Shown piece by piece: positions 1 to 9,170 of a DNA stretch of 64,000 nt. The position numbers and the translations under genes are program-made. The DNA comes from a virus (lineage: Duplodnaviria; Caudoviricetes): IMG/VR virus record IMGVR_UViG_3300027734_003164, positions 32,001 to 96,000 of that record; one strand, given 5' to 3'. The notes below the pieces were generated by a model. The model did not search any database. It was not told the origin of the DNA and saw only the letters and a list, made by a program, of their open reading frames with translations. Position 1 is the first letter of the stretch. Each line of letters begins with the position of its first letter.

Positions 1-1010
1 GTTTGAGTTGTGGTTTCTTCACCATTAGGTGTATTTCCACCATTACCTTGAGAATTTGAATTTACATTAGTTTGGGTATTATTTGTTGGTGAGGCATTTG
101 TTGTTGTTGTTGTTATTTCTTCACCTTGTCCATTAGTTCCTTGACCATTCTCACCAGACCCATTCCCGTTATTCCCCCCAATATTCCCGCTATTATTAGT
201 GCTCCCATTGTTTTGATTAGTATTATTGTTTTGGTTGTTTATAGACTGGTTAGTCTGTGAATTTCCATTTTCATTTGTTCCACTTTGAGTTGTAGTTCCT
301 CCTGCTTGTGTTGAAGTTTCATTTCCAACATTTGTAGAAGAGGTTCCATTTGTTCCGTTGTTTGAACTTGTTTCATTTGTTCCAGTAGTGGTCGCACTTC
401 CTTCATTATTGTTACTTGTTCCATTTATTTGGTTTTGATTGTTATTGGTTGTGGAGTTATTATTATTTGTTGTTGTAGTATTATTTGTTGTAGTAGTATT
501 ATTTGTTGTAGTATTGTTTGTTATATTATTTCCACTTCCATTTTGGGAATTGTTCCCGTTTTTTTTGTTGTTTTTTTTATCGTTTGCCTTTGAGCTTGAG
601 TTTGATGAATTTGATGCTGCGGTCAATGTTCCACTTAGAAAATCTGTGGCACCATTTGATATATCCATAAGAGCGGATAATGAATTTATTAATCCAACGG
701 TATTCAATGCAACGTCTTGTGCAATGTTAATAGAACCTGCGAGTCCAACAATTTCAGAACATGGTGAACCATCAAATTGTGAAAAAACATTATTAGCCCA
801 AGACTCAAAAGTACCATCGACAAAATCTTGTTGTGTAAAGTTTTCTATAAAACCATAATACCCAACAGTGACAGAGCCATTGATGGGTACTATAATATTT
901 TTAACGTTTCCAGTACAGGGGTCGGTGTATGAATAGTTGTATGTTTGCGCGTTTGAATTGTAGAAATTAAACACAAAAAACAGTACGGATATGAAAATTT
1001 TTATTTTCAC
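1..1010 (-). CDS. Secreted/surface protein with long Asn/Thr/Gly/Gln low-complexity region; 3' end runs off the window
   Basis: Not in the ORF track. A GTG start overlaps the TGA of the upstream gene (GTGA), and the frame is open to base 1. Reads VKIKIFISVLFFVFNFYNSNAQTYNYSYTDPCTG (signal peptide), later NNTTTNN-type tracts. Confidence 0.8.
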   Translation of the reverse strand, partial: MKIKIFISVLFFVFNFYNSNAQTYNYSYTDPCTGNVKNIIVPINGSVTVGYYGFIENFTQQDFVDGTFESWANNVFSQFDGSPCSEIVGLAGSINIAQDVALNTVGLINSLSALMDISNGATDFLSGTLTAASNSSNSSSKANDKKNNKKNGNNSQNGSGNNITNNTTTNNTTTTNNTTTTNNNNSTTNNNQNQINGTSNNNEGSATTTGTNETSSNNGTNGTSSTNVGNETSTQAGGTTTQSGTNENGNSQTNQSINNQNNNTNQNNGSTNNSGNIGGNNGNGSGENGQGTNGQGEEITTTTTNASPTNNTQTNVNSNSQGNGGNTPNGEETTTQ

Positions 1011-1747
1011 CTTGGGAATACGCCTTTCGTAATTAACCGTTTAACCACTCTTGATGATGCGGTTTCTAAAGCTTTTTTTGTGGATATACCTATTGTTGAT
1101 TGGTTAAATTTTACATCGTCTGAAATGTCTCCCAAAATTGATGTTGTTTTAATAGTTACTGCTTCACCTAACCCCGAACCAACAATAACTTGACTTGTTT
1201 CAGCATCTACAAATTTAATTTGAAGACCTAATCTTGTGGTTTGATTTACAGTCTGTTGACCATTTACTTTAACTATCTCATCTTCAGAAACACTAAAATC
1301 GTATACTTCAATATAAACAAAATATTTTGCCAAAACTACATTTCCTTTTACTTCAATTTTGTTAGATGAAACTCCCTTGTCTGATGCTTTGTCTTGTGCA
1401 ATCATTCTTTGTTTTATTTCCTCTTTTTCTTCAGTAAAAATAAATCTATTTGTATACTCCAAATATTCTATAACAATATTTGTTACACCAAGACCAACTC
1501 TTTTATCTTTAAGTTCGGGATATAAAGAATATAATTCTTCATTGATTCCTATTTTTAATAATTGTATCGGTACTTGAATAGTGTCGTTGTATTCAGCAAC
1601 TGAATCAATTGATTGTTTCTTTTCAAAATCCGCAACATATTGTTCTGTCTTTACAGAGCCAATTCCCCCTCCGTTTTGAGGGGGTTGAGCTTGTATTGTT
1701 TTACATCCAATCAATAAAAGTGGTAATATGTAAAGTATTTTTTTCAT
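1007..1747 (-). CDS. CsgG/HfaB-like outer-membrane lipoprotein
   Basis: Lipobox LLIGC. GLGVTNIVIEYL..TNRF and LGLQIKFVDAETSQVIVGSGLGEA match the CsgG-family pattern. Confidence 0.7.
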   Translation of the reverse strand: MKKILYILPLLLIGCKTIQAQPPQNGGGIGSVKTEQYVADFEKKQSIDSVAEYNDTIQVPIQLLKIGINEELYSLYPELKDKRVGLGVTNIVIEYLEYTNRFIFTEEKEEIKQRMIAQDKASDKGVSSNKIEVKGNVVLAKYFVYIEVYDFSVSEDEIVKVNGQQTVNQTTRLGLQIKFVDAETSQVIVGSGLGEAVTIKTTSILGDISDDVKFNQSTIGISTKKALETASSRVVKRLITKGVFPR

Positions 1748-2031
1748 TACCCTTCTACTTCTTCGTCTTCTTCTTTATCATTTTGTTTACCTGACAAATA
1801 TTTGTCAACTGAAGCAATACCAAATGAACCTAATGTAATCCATAAAAATCCATCATAGATAAATTTATTGATTGGCATTTCTTGTCCGTATAACCCTGTG
1901 TAGATGTCCACACCAAGGCAAATTACCATCATGATAAATGCTCCAAAACCAACGATTGATTTTTCGTTGATGTCGTTTTTGTCCATAAACATTCTTACGA
2001 AGAATGATTTTTTTGTTTTCTTTTGTGCCAT
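1747..2031 (-). CDS. Small two-TM membrane protein
   Basis: Two hydrophobic segments and an acidic C-terminus. Confidence 0.6.
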   Translation of the reverse strand: MAQKKTKKSFFVRMFMDKNDINEKSIVGFGAFIMMVICLGVDIYTGLYGQEMPINKFIYDGFLWITLGSFGIASVDKYLSGKQNDKEEDEEVEG

Positions 2032-2051
2032 TTTATTTTATTTGTTGTTTA

Positions 2052-2390
2052 TTACCAAGACTCTTCCTCTTTTTTAGGTTGTGGTTGAGGTTGAGTTGGT
2101 TGTTGAGTTGCAGGTTTTTCGATAATTCTTTCACGAACCACACCCCCACCATTATTGTTCTCAGTTTTTTGTTTATTTTCTTGGTTTTGTTGTACATTTA
2201 TAGTTATAGGCGCTTGACCTCCAGACTGTTCTGTTTTTGTCTCCTCTTTTGGTTCTTCGTCACCTCCACCATATAACATAACACCTAACCATGTTCCACC
2301 ACCAGCAATTACTGTTGATAATGTACCAACAATGGTCTTTTTTAATCCTGACCACGTTCCGTCGTTTGTGTCTTGTGTTTCTTCTGACAT
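2052..2390 (-). CDS. Single-TM protein with Q/P/E-rich tail
   Basis: Hydrophobic segment TIVGTLSTVIAGGGTWLGVMLY followed by a low-complexity tail. Confidence 0.6.
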   Translation of the reverse strand: MSEETQDTNDGTWSGLKKTIVGTLSTVIAGGGTWLGVMLYGGGDEEPKEETKTEQSGGQAPITINVQQNQENKQKTENNNGGGVVRERIIEKPATQQPTQPQPQPKKEEESW

Positions 2391-2412
2391 TTTGTTTTTG
2401 TTTATTTTAGGT

Positions 2413-4317
2413 TTATTGTTTTACAATTTTTGAGACTTTAGTTTCTCCGTTCTCCATAGTTAATGTAACTAAGTAAAGACCTCTTTCTAAACTCCCTAAG
2501 TTTTCAACATAGTTATATTCTCCGTTTGGTAATTGAGTGTCAAAGATTGTAATTAACTTTCTTCCAACAACATCGGTTATTGATAGGTTTGCGTTTGTGG
2601 TTTCTTTAACTTCAAATGATATTGTAACCTCATCAACAACAGGGTTAGGGTTTACTGAAATAGTGTTTCCAATTACTTGACCCATATTACTTTTTAATAC
2701 TTGAAGGATTCCGTTTGTTGGAGTTACTGTTAAATCTTTTGATTGGACATTTCCTGCGAATTTTAAAGAAGTATAAAGAGGACTTTCTTCCCAAAGGTTT
2801 TGTGGTTGTTTTGCTATAAATTGTAATTTAACAACCTCATCACCATTTTTTAATGTTTGTTCTCCGTTTGTTATGTCAAATCCACCCCAATCAACTTGAT
2901 TGTTATTAGGATTAACATATGTAATCCATTCCATCGCATTAGATGTAGAATATATGCCTTTAAATTCTAATAGTTCTGAATTGTATTTTAAACCGAACTG
3001 AAGTGATGACAACTCTTCACCGTTAGTGAAAACCTTAACCGGTAATTCAACCAAGTTTCCTGCTTCAACTGTTATGTGAGGAACATTTACTTCAATTGTT
3101 GATGTTGGAAAATCGTATTCAACTTTTGTGTCGATTACATTATAGATTTGTGATTCCAATCCTGGTATTGGTCCAACCAATACTTCAATAGGAGTTACAC
3201 GAGCCATGTTATAACCCGTACCGTTGGCATCTCCAGGAACCATTACATAATATACTACAGAGTCAGGTTGTCCTGGTAATATATCAAATGTAAAGTTAGT
3301 CACACCGGGGATTGTTGATGTATAGTTGGTGTTAGACCCATTGATAGTTGCAAATTCAGATGTGGTAAAGAATTTAACATCTTTTGTATTGTTAGGCCAT
3401 TGTGTAAATCTACCTGATACTCTACCGAACACACCCCATACGTCAGATATAGTTGTATTATTAGAACCATTCACATCTGCTGTGAAGTAATCAAATCCAG
3501 TCATGGTTCCATTTCCTAAAACCCACTGATTGATTAACTGAGCATCCGTTGAAGATATAATATTACCAACACCCATAGTGTCTCCTTGAATTGCAAGTCT
3601 TACATCCCAATATGTTGTATCTAACGGTACTGATATATTAAAGTCACCGTTTATATCTGTAACATAAGAAGAATGTTGTGTCCAAGTGTTTCCACCGAAT
3701 GGTCTTCTTTGTAATGCTAAATTTAAATATTTAGCCGGTGAACCTGTTACATTTGTAAACGTTCCGTGAAATGCGAAGTTCACAGGAGTAAATACACCAC
3801 CATAGTTATGAACACTTAATGTTGTATCCATACCGTTTTGTTTTGCGGCATATGGTGTAAAAGTTTGTGGTCCTGTCCAAGTTAAGTTAGAGATAGACGC
3901 CAAGTTACTGAATGTTGCCGCTGGAGCATGAACAAAGGTGATAAGAAATCTTTCACCGTTTGGTATTGTATATGTCGCACTTGGCCCTGTATAAACTAAA
4001 GTAATTGTGATATAACCATTTGCAGTATTTGTAATATACTGAAGGTCTAAGTTCGCAGATGGTCCGATTAATGAAACAGTTGCATTTGTAAAAGCAACAT
4101 TATCATAGAATACTCTAAACTGAACTCCCGCAAATTTTGTAAGAGTTGTATTTTGTAAAGTAATCTTCGCATCCGTTGTACCTTGTGCTGTTGTTCCAAC
4201 TTGATACTGTGAAGCAATAATTCCCCACAATCCGTTTGATGGCGCCACTGGTACTTGTGTATAACCAATAAATGGTAAAAATAAAAGTAATAAGGTTAGG
4301 TAATAGATAGTTTTCAT
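2413..4317 (-). CDS. T9SS-secreted protein with two cohesin-like domains, a dockerin-like motif and a Por/T9SS C-terminal sorting domain
   Basis: Signal peptide; cohesin-like FAGVQFRVFYD and VELPVKV..LSSLQFGLKYNSELLEF; dockerin-like ADVNGSNNTTISDV; CTD VNPNPVVDEVTI..GLYLVTL..KVSKIVKQ. Confidence 0.8.
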   Translation of the reverse strand: MKTIYYLTLLLLFLPFIGYTQVPVAPSNGLWGIIASQYQVGTTAQGTTDAKITLQNTTLTKFAGVQFRVFYDNVAFTNATVSLIGPSANLDLQYITNTANGYITITLVYTGPSATYTIPNGERFLITFVHAPAATFSNLASISNLTWTGPQTFTPYAAKQNGMDTTLSVHNYGGVFTPVNFAFHGTFTNVTGSPAKYLNLALQRRPFGGNTWTQHSSYVTDINGDFNISVPLDTTYWDVRLAIQGDTMGVGNIISSTDAQLINQWVLGNGTMTGFDYFTADVNGSNNTTISDVWGVFGRVSGRFTQWPNNTKDVKFFTTSEFATINGSNTNYTSTIPGVTNFTFDILPGQPDSVVYYVMVPGDANGTGYNMARVTPIEVLVGPIPGLESQIYNVIDTKVEYDFPTSTIEVNVPHITVEAGNLVELPVKVFTNGEELSSLQFGLKYNSELLEFKGIYSTSNAMEWITYVNPNNNQVDWGGFDITNGEQTLKNGDEVVKLQFIAKQPQNLWEESPLYTSLKFAGNVQSKDLTVTPTNGILQVLKSNMGQVIGNTISVNPNPVVDEVTISFEVKETTNANLSITDVVGRKLITIFDTQLPNGEYNYVENLGSLERGLYLVTLTMENGETKVSKIVKQ

Positions 4318-4335
4318 TAAAGTATTTTAAAATTT

Positions 4336-4935
4336 TTATTTTATGTCAGAACTTTCAATCAATGTGTAAGTAAAAGAGTTTCCGTGTTTTTCACGAGCCT
4401 TTCTACAAATTTTCATAAATTCTTCAAAGTCCGCACTTCTTTTAAACACTTGACACCCTTCTGACCAATTTTCAACATAAGTTGAGTCAGCACCAGCCTT
4501 GTGAATGTTAATACCAAATAGACCTTCATCTACTTTGTTTTCATCATAACTTAAGTCTTTATTTGCGTCACGATAAACTTTAACATTTTTTGCTTGTTTC
4601 AACGCCTCATACTTACCTTGGTGGAGTCCAATTCCGTGAGAACCTCTGTATTGTCCTTCAACCAATCTTGCAACTCCTTTAACATTATGGTATTCTAAAA
4701 CTCCTTTTTTACCTGGGTCGGTTGTTGCTGGCCACTCATGATATTTCCATGCTCCCGTTTCATCTTTATAACTCATTGTTAGTAAGTCGTCAAATGCATT
4801 TGTAACTTTTTGACCAGTATCAGAATTTCTAATACCAATAATATTGACATCATAACCTTTGTTATTTTTGTCTTCAAAATAAACGTAACCTTTGTTTTTT
4901 AAGGTAGATTCAACCTGTTCTCTTGTGTATTTCAT
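4336..4935 (-). CDS. YkuD/L,D-transpeptidase-like cell-wall enzyme
   Basis: GINIHKAG...WSEGCQVF fits the HxxxxxSxGC motif; start moved to MKYTREQ. Confidence 0.6.
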   Translation of the reverse strand: MKYTREQVESTLKNKGYVYFEDKNNKGYDVNIIGIRNSDTGQKVTNAFDDLLTMSYKDETGAWKYHEWPATTDPGKKGVLEYHNVKGVARLVEGQYRGSHGIGLHQGKYEALKQAKNVKVYRDANKDLSYDENKVDEGLFGINIHKAGADSTYVENWSEGCQVFKRSADFEEFMKICRKAREKHGNSFTYTLIESSDIK

Positions 4936-5045
4936 AATTTTCCTTTTTTTAATAAGTATTTTCAAGTAGGGTATAATTCAATTTTTTTTTGATTTTTTTA
5001 TTTACTTTATTTTTTAAAATAGTATTTATAGGAAAATTAATTATT

Positions 5046-5882
5046 ATGATACTAAAAAATGGGTCAAAAGGAGATGACGTAAAAAAACTCCAAGAAAAAC
5101 TAGGTGTTGAGGCAATTGGAACCTTCGGGCCTAAAACTGAAGCCGCTGTTAAAGCATGGCAAAAAGCAAATGGATTAAAAGATGATGGTATTGTAGGTGA
5201 TGCCACTTGGGCTAAACTATTTGGTAAGTCAGCTCCCGCAGCAACTGTAGTTAAAGAAGATGTGGTTATACCTTCAGGAGGACCGTTAAACATTGAAAAA
5301 TTAAAAGGTCATATCCCTGACGCAGTGTTGGCACAAATACCTGAAACCGCAGCTAAATTCAACATTACAAACAACTTGAGACTTGCACATTTTCTATCAC
5401 AATGTGGTCATGAGTCAGGTGGGTTTAAGGCCGTGAGTGAAAACTTAAATTACTCAGCGGATGGTTTGAAAAAAATCTTTGGTAAGTACTTTCCCGGTAA
5501 TCTTAACGAGTCTTATGCAAAACAACCCGAGAAGATTGCATCTCGTGTTTATGGTAATAGAATGGGTAATGGTGATGAAGCATCAAAAGAAGGTTATAAG
5601 TTTAGAGGTAGAGGATATATCCAATTAACAGGAAAAGCAAACTACACAAAGTTCACTCAATTTATTGGTGAGGACTGTGTTTCAAACCCTGATTTAGTGG
5701 CAACTAAATATCCTTTGGCATCTGCAGCGTTCTTTTTTGATTCAAACAAACTATGGGTAATTTGTGACAAAGGAGCCGATGATGCAACAGTCACATCAGT
5801 AACAAAAAGAGTAAATGGTGGAACATTAGGTTTATCTGACCGAATAAAACACTTTAAAGAATATTACAATTTACTTAAGTAA
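5046..5882 (+). CDS. Endolysin: peptidoglycan-binding domain plus glycoside hydrolase family 19
   Basis: N-terminal LKNGSKGDDVKKLQ..DGIVGDATW (PG_binding_1); LAHFLSQCGHESGG and FRGRGYIQLTGKANY (GH19). Confidence 0.92.
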   Translation: MILKNGSKGDDVKKLQEKLGVEAIGTFGPKTEAAVKAWQKANGLKDDGIVGDATWAKLFGKSAPAATVVKEDVVIPSGGPLNIEKLKGHIPDAVLAQIPETAAKFNITNNLRLAHFLSQCGHESGGFKAVSENLNYSADGLKKIFGKYFPGNLNESYAKQPEKIASRVYGNRMGNGDEASKEGYKFRGRGYIQLTGKANYTKFTQFIGEDCVSNPDLVATKYPLASAAFFFDSNKLWVICDKGADDATVTSVTKRVNGGTLGLSDRIKHFKEYYNLLK

Positions 5883-5887
5883 AACAC

Positions 5888-5916
5888 GAAACCCCTCTTA
5901 ACGGAGGGGTTTTTTA
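5888..5916. terminator. Bidirectional intrinsic terminator between convergent genes
   Basis: aaacccctct-taac-ggaggggttttttt. Confidence 0.8.
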
Positions 5917-6186
5917 TTAGTTATTAATCCAAGTCCAACCTAAAAGTAATTTAGAAAAATAACGGTGAATTATATTTGGTTTTTTTTCAAAAAAAATGTG
6001 AAAACTTTTACCAACTTTGTAATAACCAACTTGTTTTGGATATTTGATTACTGTTTGTGTAACTTCACCTTGTCTCAATATCCAATCATTTATTGAATCT
6101 TGGACTTCAATTTTTTTGTTATCCGTTTTTTGTTTGTTTTTTGTCGGATTAACTGCCCTTTTTATAGTTTTTTTTTCTTGTTCCAT
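5917..6186 (-). CDS. Hypothetical protein
   Basis: ORF within a co-oriented run. Confidence 0.6.
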   Translation of the reverse strand: MEQEKKTIKRAVNPTKNKQKTDNKKIEVQDSINDWILRQGEVTQTVIKYPKQVGYYKVGKSFHIFFEKKPNIIHRYFSKLLLGWTWINN

Positions 6187-6188
6187 TT

Positions 6189-6386
6189 TTATTTTTTATT
6201 TTCATTTTTATAGTCGACCCAACTTATCCAAAACCCAATAGCCACAATTACATTCATACCCACAGATGCAATTAATTCATGAATATCTTTATATACATTC
6301 ATTGTTAAATGAACGTGACCAACAACCCAAAATGGTATTGATAAGTTAGACGAAACCCAAAGTAAAATATATTTCAATAATTTCAT
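6189..6386 (-). CDS. Small membrane protein
   Basis: Two hydrophobic segments. Confidence 0.6.
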   Translation of the reverse strand: MKLLKYILLWVSSNLSIPFWVVGHVHLTMNVYKDIHELIASVGMNVIVAIGFWISWVDYKNENKK

Positions 6387-6418
6387 AAATTATATTTATT
6401 GCTCTGAGTTTTTTATTT

Positions 6419-6652
6419 TTAATTTGCTTTTTCTAATTGGTCTTCGTTAAAGATGTGAAGAAGTCCATATTCATCCATCTCACCAACGACTCTCGTATTA
6501 CCTTCAACTGTTTGGAACACAGATACGATTGTACATGGAAACTTATATCCTTTAACTTTAACTGCTTTATCACCTACTTTGAACTTAGGTTGATTTGACG
6601 GGAAATCTCCGTCTGATAATTGTGGGTCATCCCACGATGTATCTCTATTCAT
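6419..6652 (-). CDS. DfrB/R67-type (type II, SH3-fold) dihydrofolate reductase-like protein, 77 aa
   Basis: FPSN..FKVGDKAVKVKGYKF..IV..T..E..GLLHIF..LEKAN aligns almost gap-free with R67 DHFR as I recall it; lies 130 nt downstream of thyA. Confidence 0.55.
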   Translation of the reverse strand: MNRDTSWDDPQLSDGDFPSNQPKFKVGDKAVKVKGYKFPCTIVSVFQTVEGNTRVVGEMDEYGLLHIFNEDQLEKAN

Positions 6653-6784
6653 AATTTTATTTTTTAAATCTATAACCGATAAACCAAAAATCAATTCTGA
6701 AAAACCAATTACCGTCGTGTTTTCCAAAACCAATTCTAATCATCCGATTATTGTGGTTAAGTTTTATTTTATCAATTTTCATTT

Positions 6785-7864
6785 TTAATTAGAAAGCGGC
6801 ATTTTGATAGTCGGGTGTGATTGGTAATTTTTAAGTGTGAAATCACCAATAACATAAGATTCTATTGATGGTCTTGTTCCTTCATAAGTTGGAAATTGAT
6901 TAATAGTTGGTAACTCAAATGGTTCTCTTGTTAATTGTTCTTTAACTCCATCAATCTGATTTAAATAAATGTGACAATCTCCCATATTTGAAATCAACTC
7001 ATCAGGAACCATATTAACCTCCTTTGCCAATATTGTTAGAAGTAATCCATAAGACGCCAAATTAAATGGCGTTCCAAGTGGTACGTCCTGGCTTCTGCAG
7101 TTATACATTAAAGAGATTGCTCTGGTTGGAATATTAAATTTGTCACATTCTTTATGAACCTCATTATCTAAATCTATACTAACATTACTTTTTATAAAAT
7201 CAAACAGTTCATTTGAATCCAATAAATTAATTTGTTTAGTGTTTTTATAAGTGATTCTTTCACTAGCACTTAACTTTCTTGTATAAACTTGAAATCCATA
7301 ATGACAAGGTGGAAGAACCATTTGGTCCAACTCGCCTACATTCCATGCATTTACCATCAATCGTCTTGAGTCTGGGTTTGTTTTAAGGTCGTTGATTAGA
7401 TTTGTGATTTGGTCTATATTTCCCATTCCATGTTTATCCTCTAAAACTCCAGCGCTCCAACTTCGCCACTGTCTGCCATACACGGGACCTAACTCACCCC
7501 ATTTCTCAGCAAACTCATCATCGGTTTTAATTCTATCAACAAACATTTTTTCATCCAAATGTGGTTCCCAATCTTGAACCTGGTCTGAATAATTTTTATA
7601 AGCATCTCCTGTCCAAATATTGCAATCGTTTTCTAAAAGAAACTTGATGTTGGTATCTCCTCTAAGAAACCAAAGCAATTCAGTTACAATAGTTTTCCAA
7701 GCCATTTTCTTGGTTGTAAGAAGTGGAAATTTACCATCTTTAAATTTGTATCTAATAGACCGTCCAAATACACTTAAAACTTCACCATTACGTGTATTCT
7801 TTTTAATACCATTATCCAAAATGTCTTGAAGTAATGCTAAATATTGTTTATCTAATTCGTTCAT
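6785..7864 (-). CDS. thyA: Thymidylate synthase
   Basis: FPLLTTKK, ELLWFLRG, LGPVYGRQWR, SRRLMVNAWN, LPPCH, RSQDVPLGTPFN, GDCHIY. Confidence 0.97.
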   Translation of the reverse strand: MNELDKQYLALLQDILDNGIKKNTRNGEVLSVFGRSIRYKFKDGKFPLLTTKKMAWKTIVTELLWFLRGDTNIKFLLENDCNIWTGDAYKNYSDQVQDWEPHLDEKMFVDRIKTDDEFAEKWGELGPVYGRQWRSWSAGVLEDKHGMGNIDQITNLINDLKTNPDSRRLMVNAWNVGELDQMVLPPCHYGFQVYTRKLSASERITYKNTKQINLLDSNELFDFIKSNVSIDLDNEVHKECDKFNIPTRAISLMYNCRSQDVPLGTPFNLASYGLLLTILAKEVNMVPDELISNMGDCHIYLNQIDGVKEQLTREPFELPTINQFPTYEGTRPSIESYVIGDFTLKNYQSHPTIKMPLSN

Positions 7865-8060
7865 ATTCTTTTTGTTTTAAATCTAATTCACTTTCATAAA
7901 AATAAGGACAACACCACTTTCTTTCATCACAATTAAGCTTAATCATTTTTCCATTATAACAACCCACTTGAGTTACTGCAGCCCAACCACTATATCTAGT
8001 TTTAACTCTGTCACCTACTTTTAAGTCATCAAATGTCATTGTTCTCTTATTATTTCCCAT
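7848..8060 (-). CDS. Small SH3/KOW-like protein
   Basis: LKVGDRVKT motif. Confidence 0.45.
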   Translation of the reverse strand: MGNNKRTMTFDDLKVGDRVKTRYSGWAAVTQVGCYNGKMIKLNCDERKWCCPYFYESELDLKQKEYERIR

Positions 8061-8263
8061 TTGAAATTATATGTCTCACCTATTGTATCACCAACATCAT
8101 TAGAATGTAGTATAAGCATAGTGTTTTCTTTATCATTTAGTAGTGAAGTAAACCACTCTAATTCTTCTTCATCACTATGTGAATACCAGGTATCTTCATC
8201 AAACTCAATTTCTGCTTCAATTTTTATTTTTGCTTTCATAGGTTTCTTTGTAGTATTGTTCAA
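8036..8263 (-). CDS. Hypothetical acidic protein
   Basis: ORF within a co-oriented run. Confidence 0.55.
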   Translation of the reverse strand: MNNTTKKPMKAKIKIEAEIEFDEDTWYSHSDEEELEWFTSLLNDKENTMLILHSNDVGDTIGETYNFKWEIIREQ

Positions 8264-8462
8264 TCTTTTCCCTGCTCATTCCAACAATTAAATTATCTAC
8301 AAAATCTATCATCTGCTCTTTCTCCATCTCTTTGGCTTGTTCTTTTAGCTTCAAATAGTCTTCAACCTTAATTGAAATTTGTATTCTTCCAATGCTTACA
8401 TTTTCCCAAGAATCTCCTTGGTCTTCAAGTTGCTCTATAAATTTTTCTACTGCTGTTCTCAT
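8217..8462 (-). CDS. Hypothetical protein, TAVE..QAKEMEKE family paralog
   Basis: Shares TAVE and EQAKEMEKE with 8475..8693. Confidence 0.65.
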   Translation of the reverse strand: MRTAVEKFIEQLEDQGDSWENVSIGRIQISIKVEDYLKLKEQAKEMEKEQMIDFVDNLIVGMSREKIEQYYKETYESKNKN

Positions 8463-8474
8463 TGTTCTTGTTGT

Positions 8475-8693
8475 TTAAAGGTTCTCTTCCCAATATTCTT
8501 CAAATGTGAACCAATTTTCCTCAGCAATACCTTTGCCTTCAAATCTACCTGCTTGATGTGCTACATCCCAAGTTTCTTGATGTGCTTCCTTCTCCATCTC
8601 TTTGGCTTGTTCCCAATCAAACTTATCAGGTTCCCTTTGTTTTGCAATTTCATGCAACCACTCTACCGCCGTTTGTTTTTTATTATTTTCCAT
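8475..8693 (-). CDS. Hypothetical protein, TAVE..QAKEMEKE family paralog
   Basis: QTAVEWL and EQAKEMEKE. Confidence 0.65.
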   Translation of the reverse strand: MENNKKQTAVEWLHEIAKQREPDKFDWEQAKEMEKEAHQETWDVAHQAGRFEGKGIAEENWFTFEEYWEENL

Positions 8694-8695
8694 TT

Positions 8696-8941
8696 TTAAC
8701 TTTCAATATTTAAATTATATGAAGTGAGTGTTTCTCTTATTTCATCTCTAATTTTTTGACATACTTCTATTTCTTCGGCAGACGCCTCCTCATTTGAATA
8801 AAACTTAAATCCGTGTTTGGTTGTGGTTCTTAATTTTTGGTCTAAGTCCCACATTGCCAATTTCCACTTATATCCATCAAGAGCGTCTCTTGCATCTTGT
8901 GATTCTTCTACCGAATCAAATTCTATTATTATTTTTCCCAT
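8696..8941 (-). CDS. Hypothetical protein
   Basis: ORF within a co-oriented run. Confidence 0.65.
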   Translation of the reverse strand: MGKIIIEFDSVEESQDARDALDGYKWKLAMWDLDQKLRTTTKHGFKFYSNEEASAEEIEVCQKIRDEIRETLTSYNLNIES

Positions 8942-8951
8942 AAAAACAAAC

Positions 8952-9170
8952 TTATAAATTTTTTTCTATTATATCAAGGTACTCGTTAAAATTTAATTTG
9001 GATGGTGGTCTACCATCAATGTCGTGAAGACGATTGTAGTAATTTCTAATTTTTTGAATTGTTTCGTATGCTTCAACCTCATGAAGTCCATCCATTAAGG
9101 TGTTGTCCCACAGTCTTTGTTCATCTTCATTCATATCTGAATTTAAATAAGGTATTCTATCTTCGCTCAT
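8952..9170 (-). CDS. Hypothetical protein
   Basis: ORF within a co-oriented run. Confidence 0.6.
   Translation of the reverse strand: MSEDRIPYLNSDMNEDEQRLWDNTLMDGLHEVEAYETIQKIRNYYNRLHDIDGRPPSKLNFNEYLDIIEKNL

Noticed and set aside
239-424. 61-aa Gln/Glu/Met-rich minus-strand ORF
   Set aside because: Alternative frame inside the longer GTG-initiated gene 1..1010
439-858. Plus-strand hydrophobic ORF, and similar antisense ORFs such as 53461..54111, 43119..43340 and 45847..46206
   Set aside because: Shadow frames opposite real low-complexity or coiled-coil minus-strand genes
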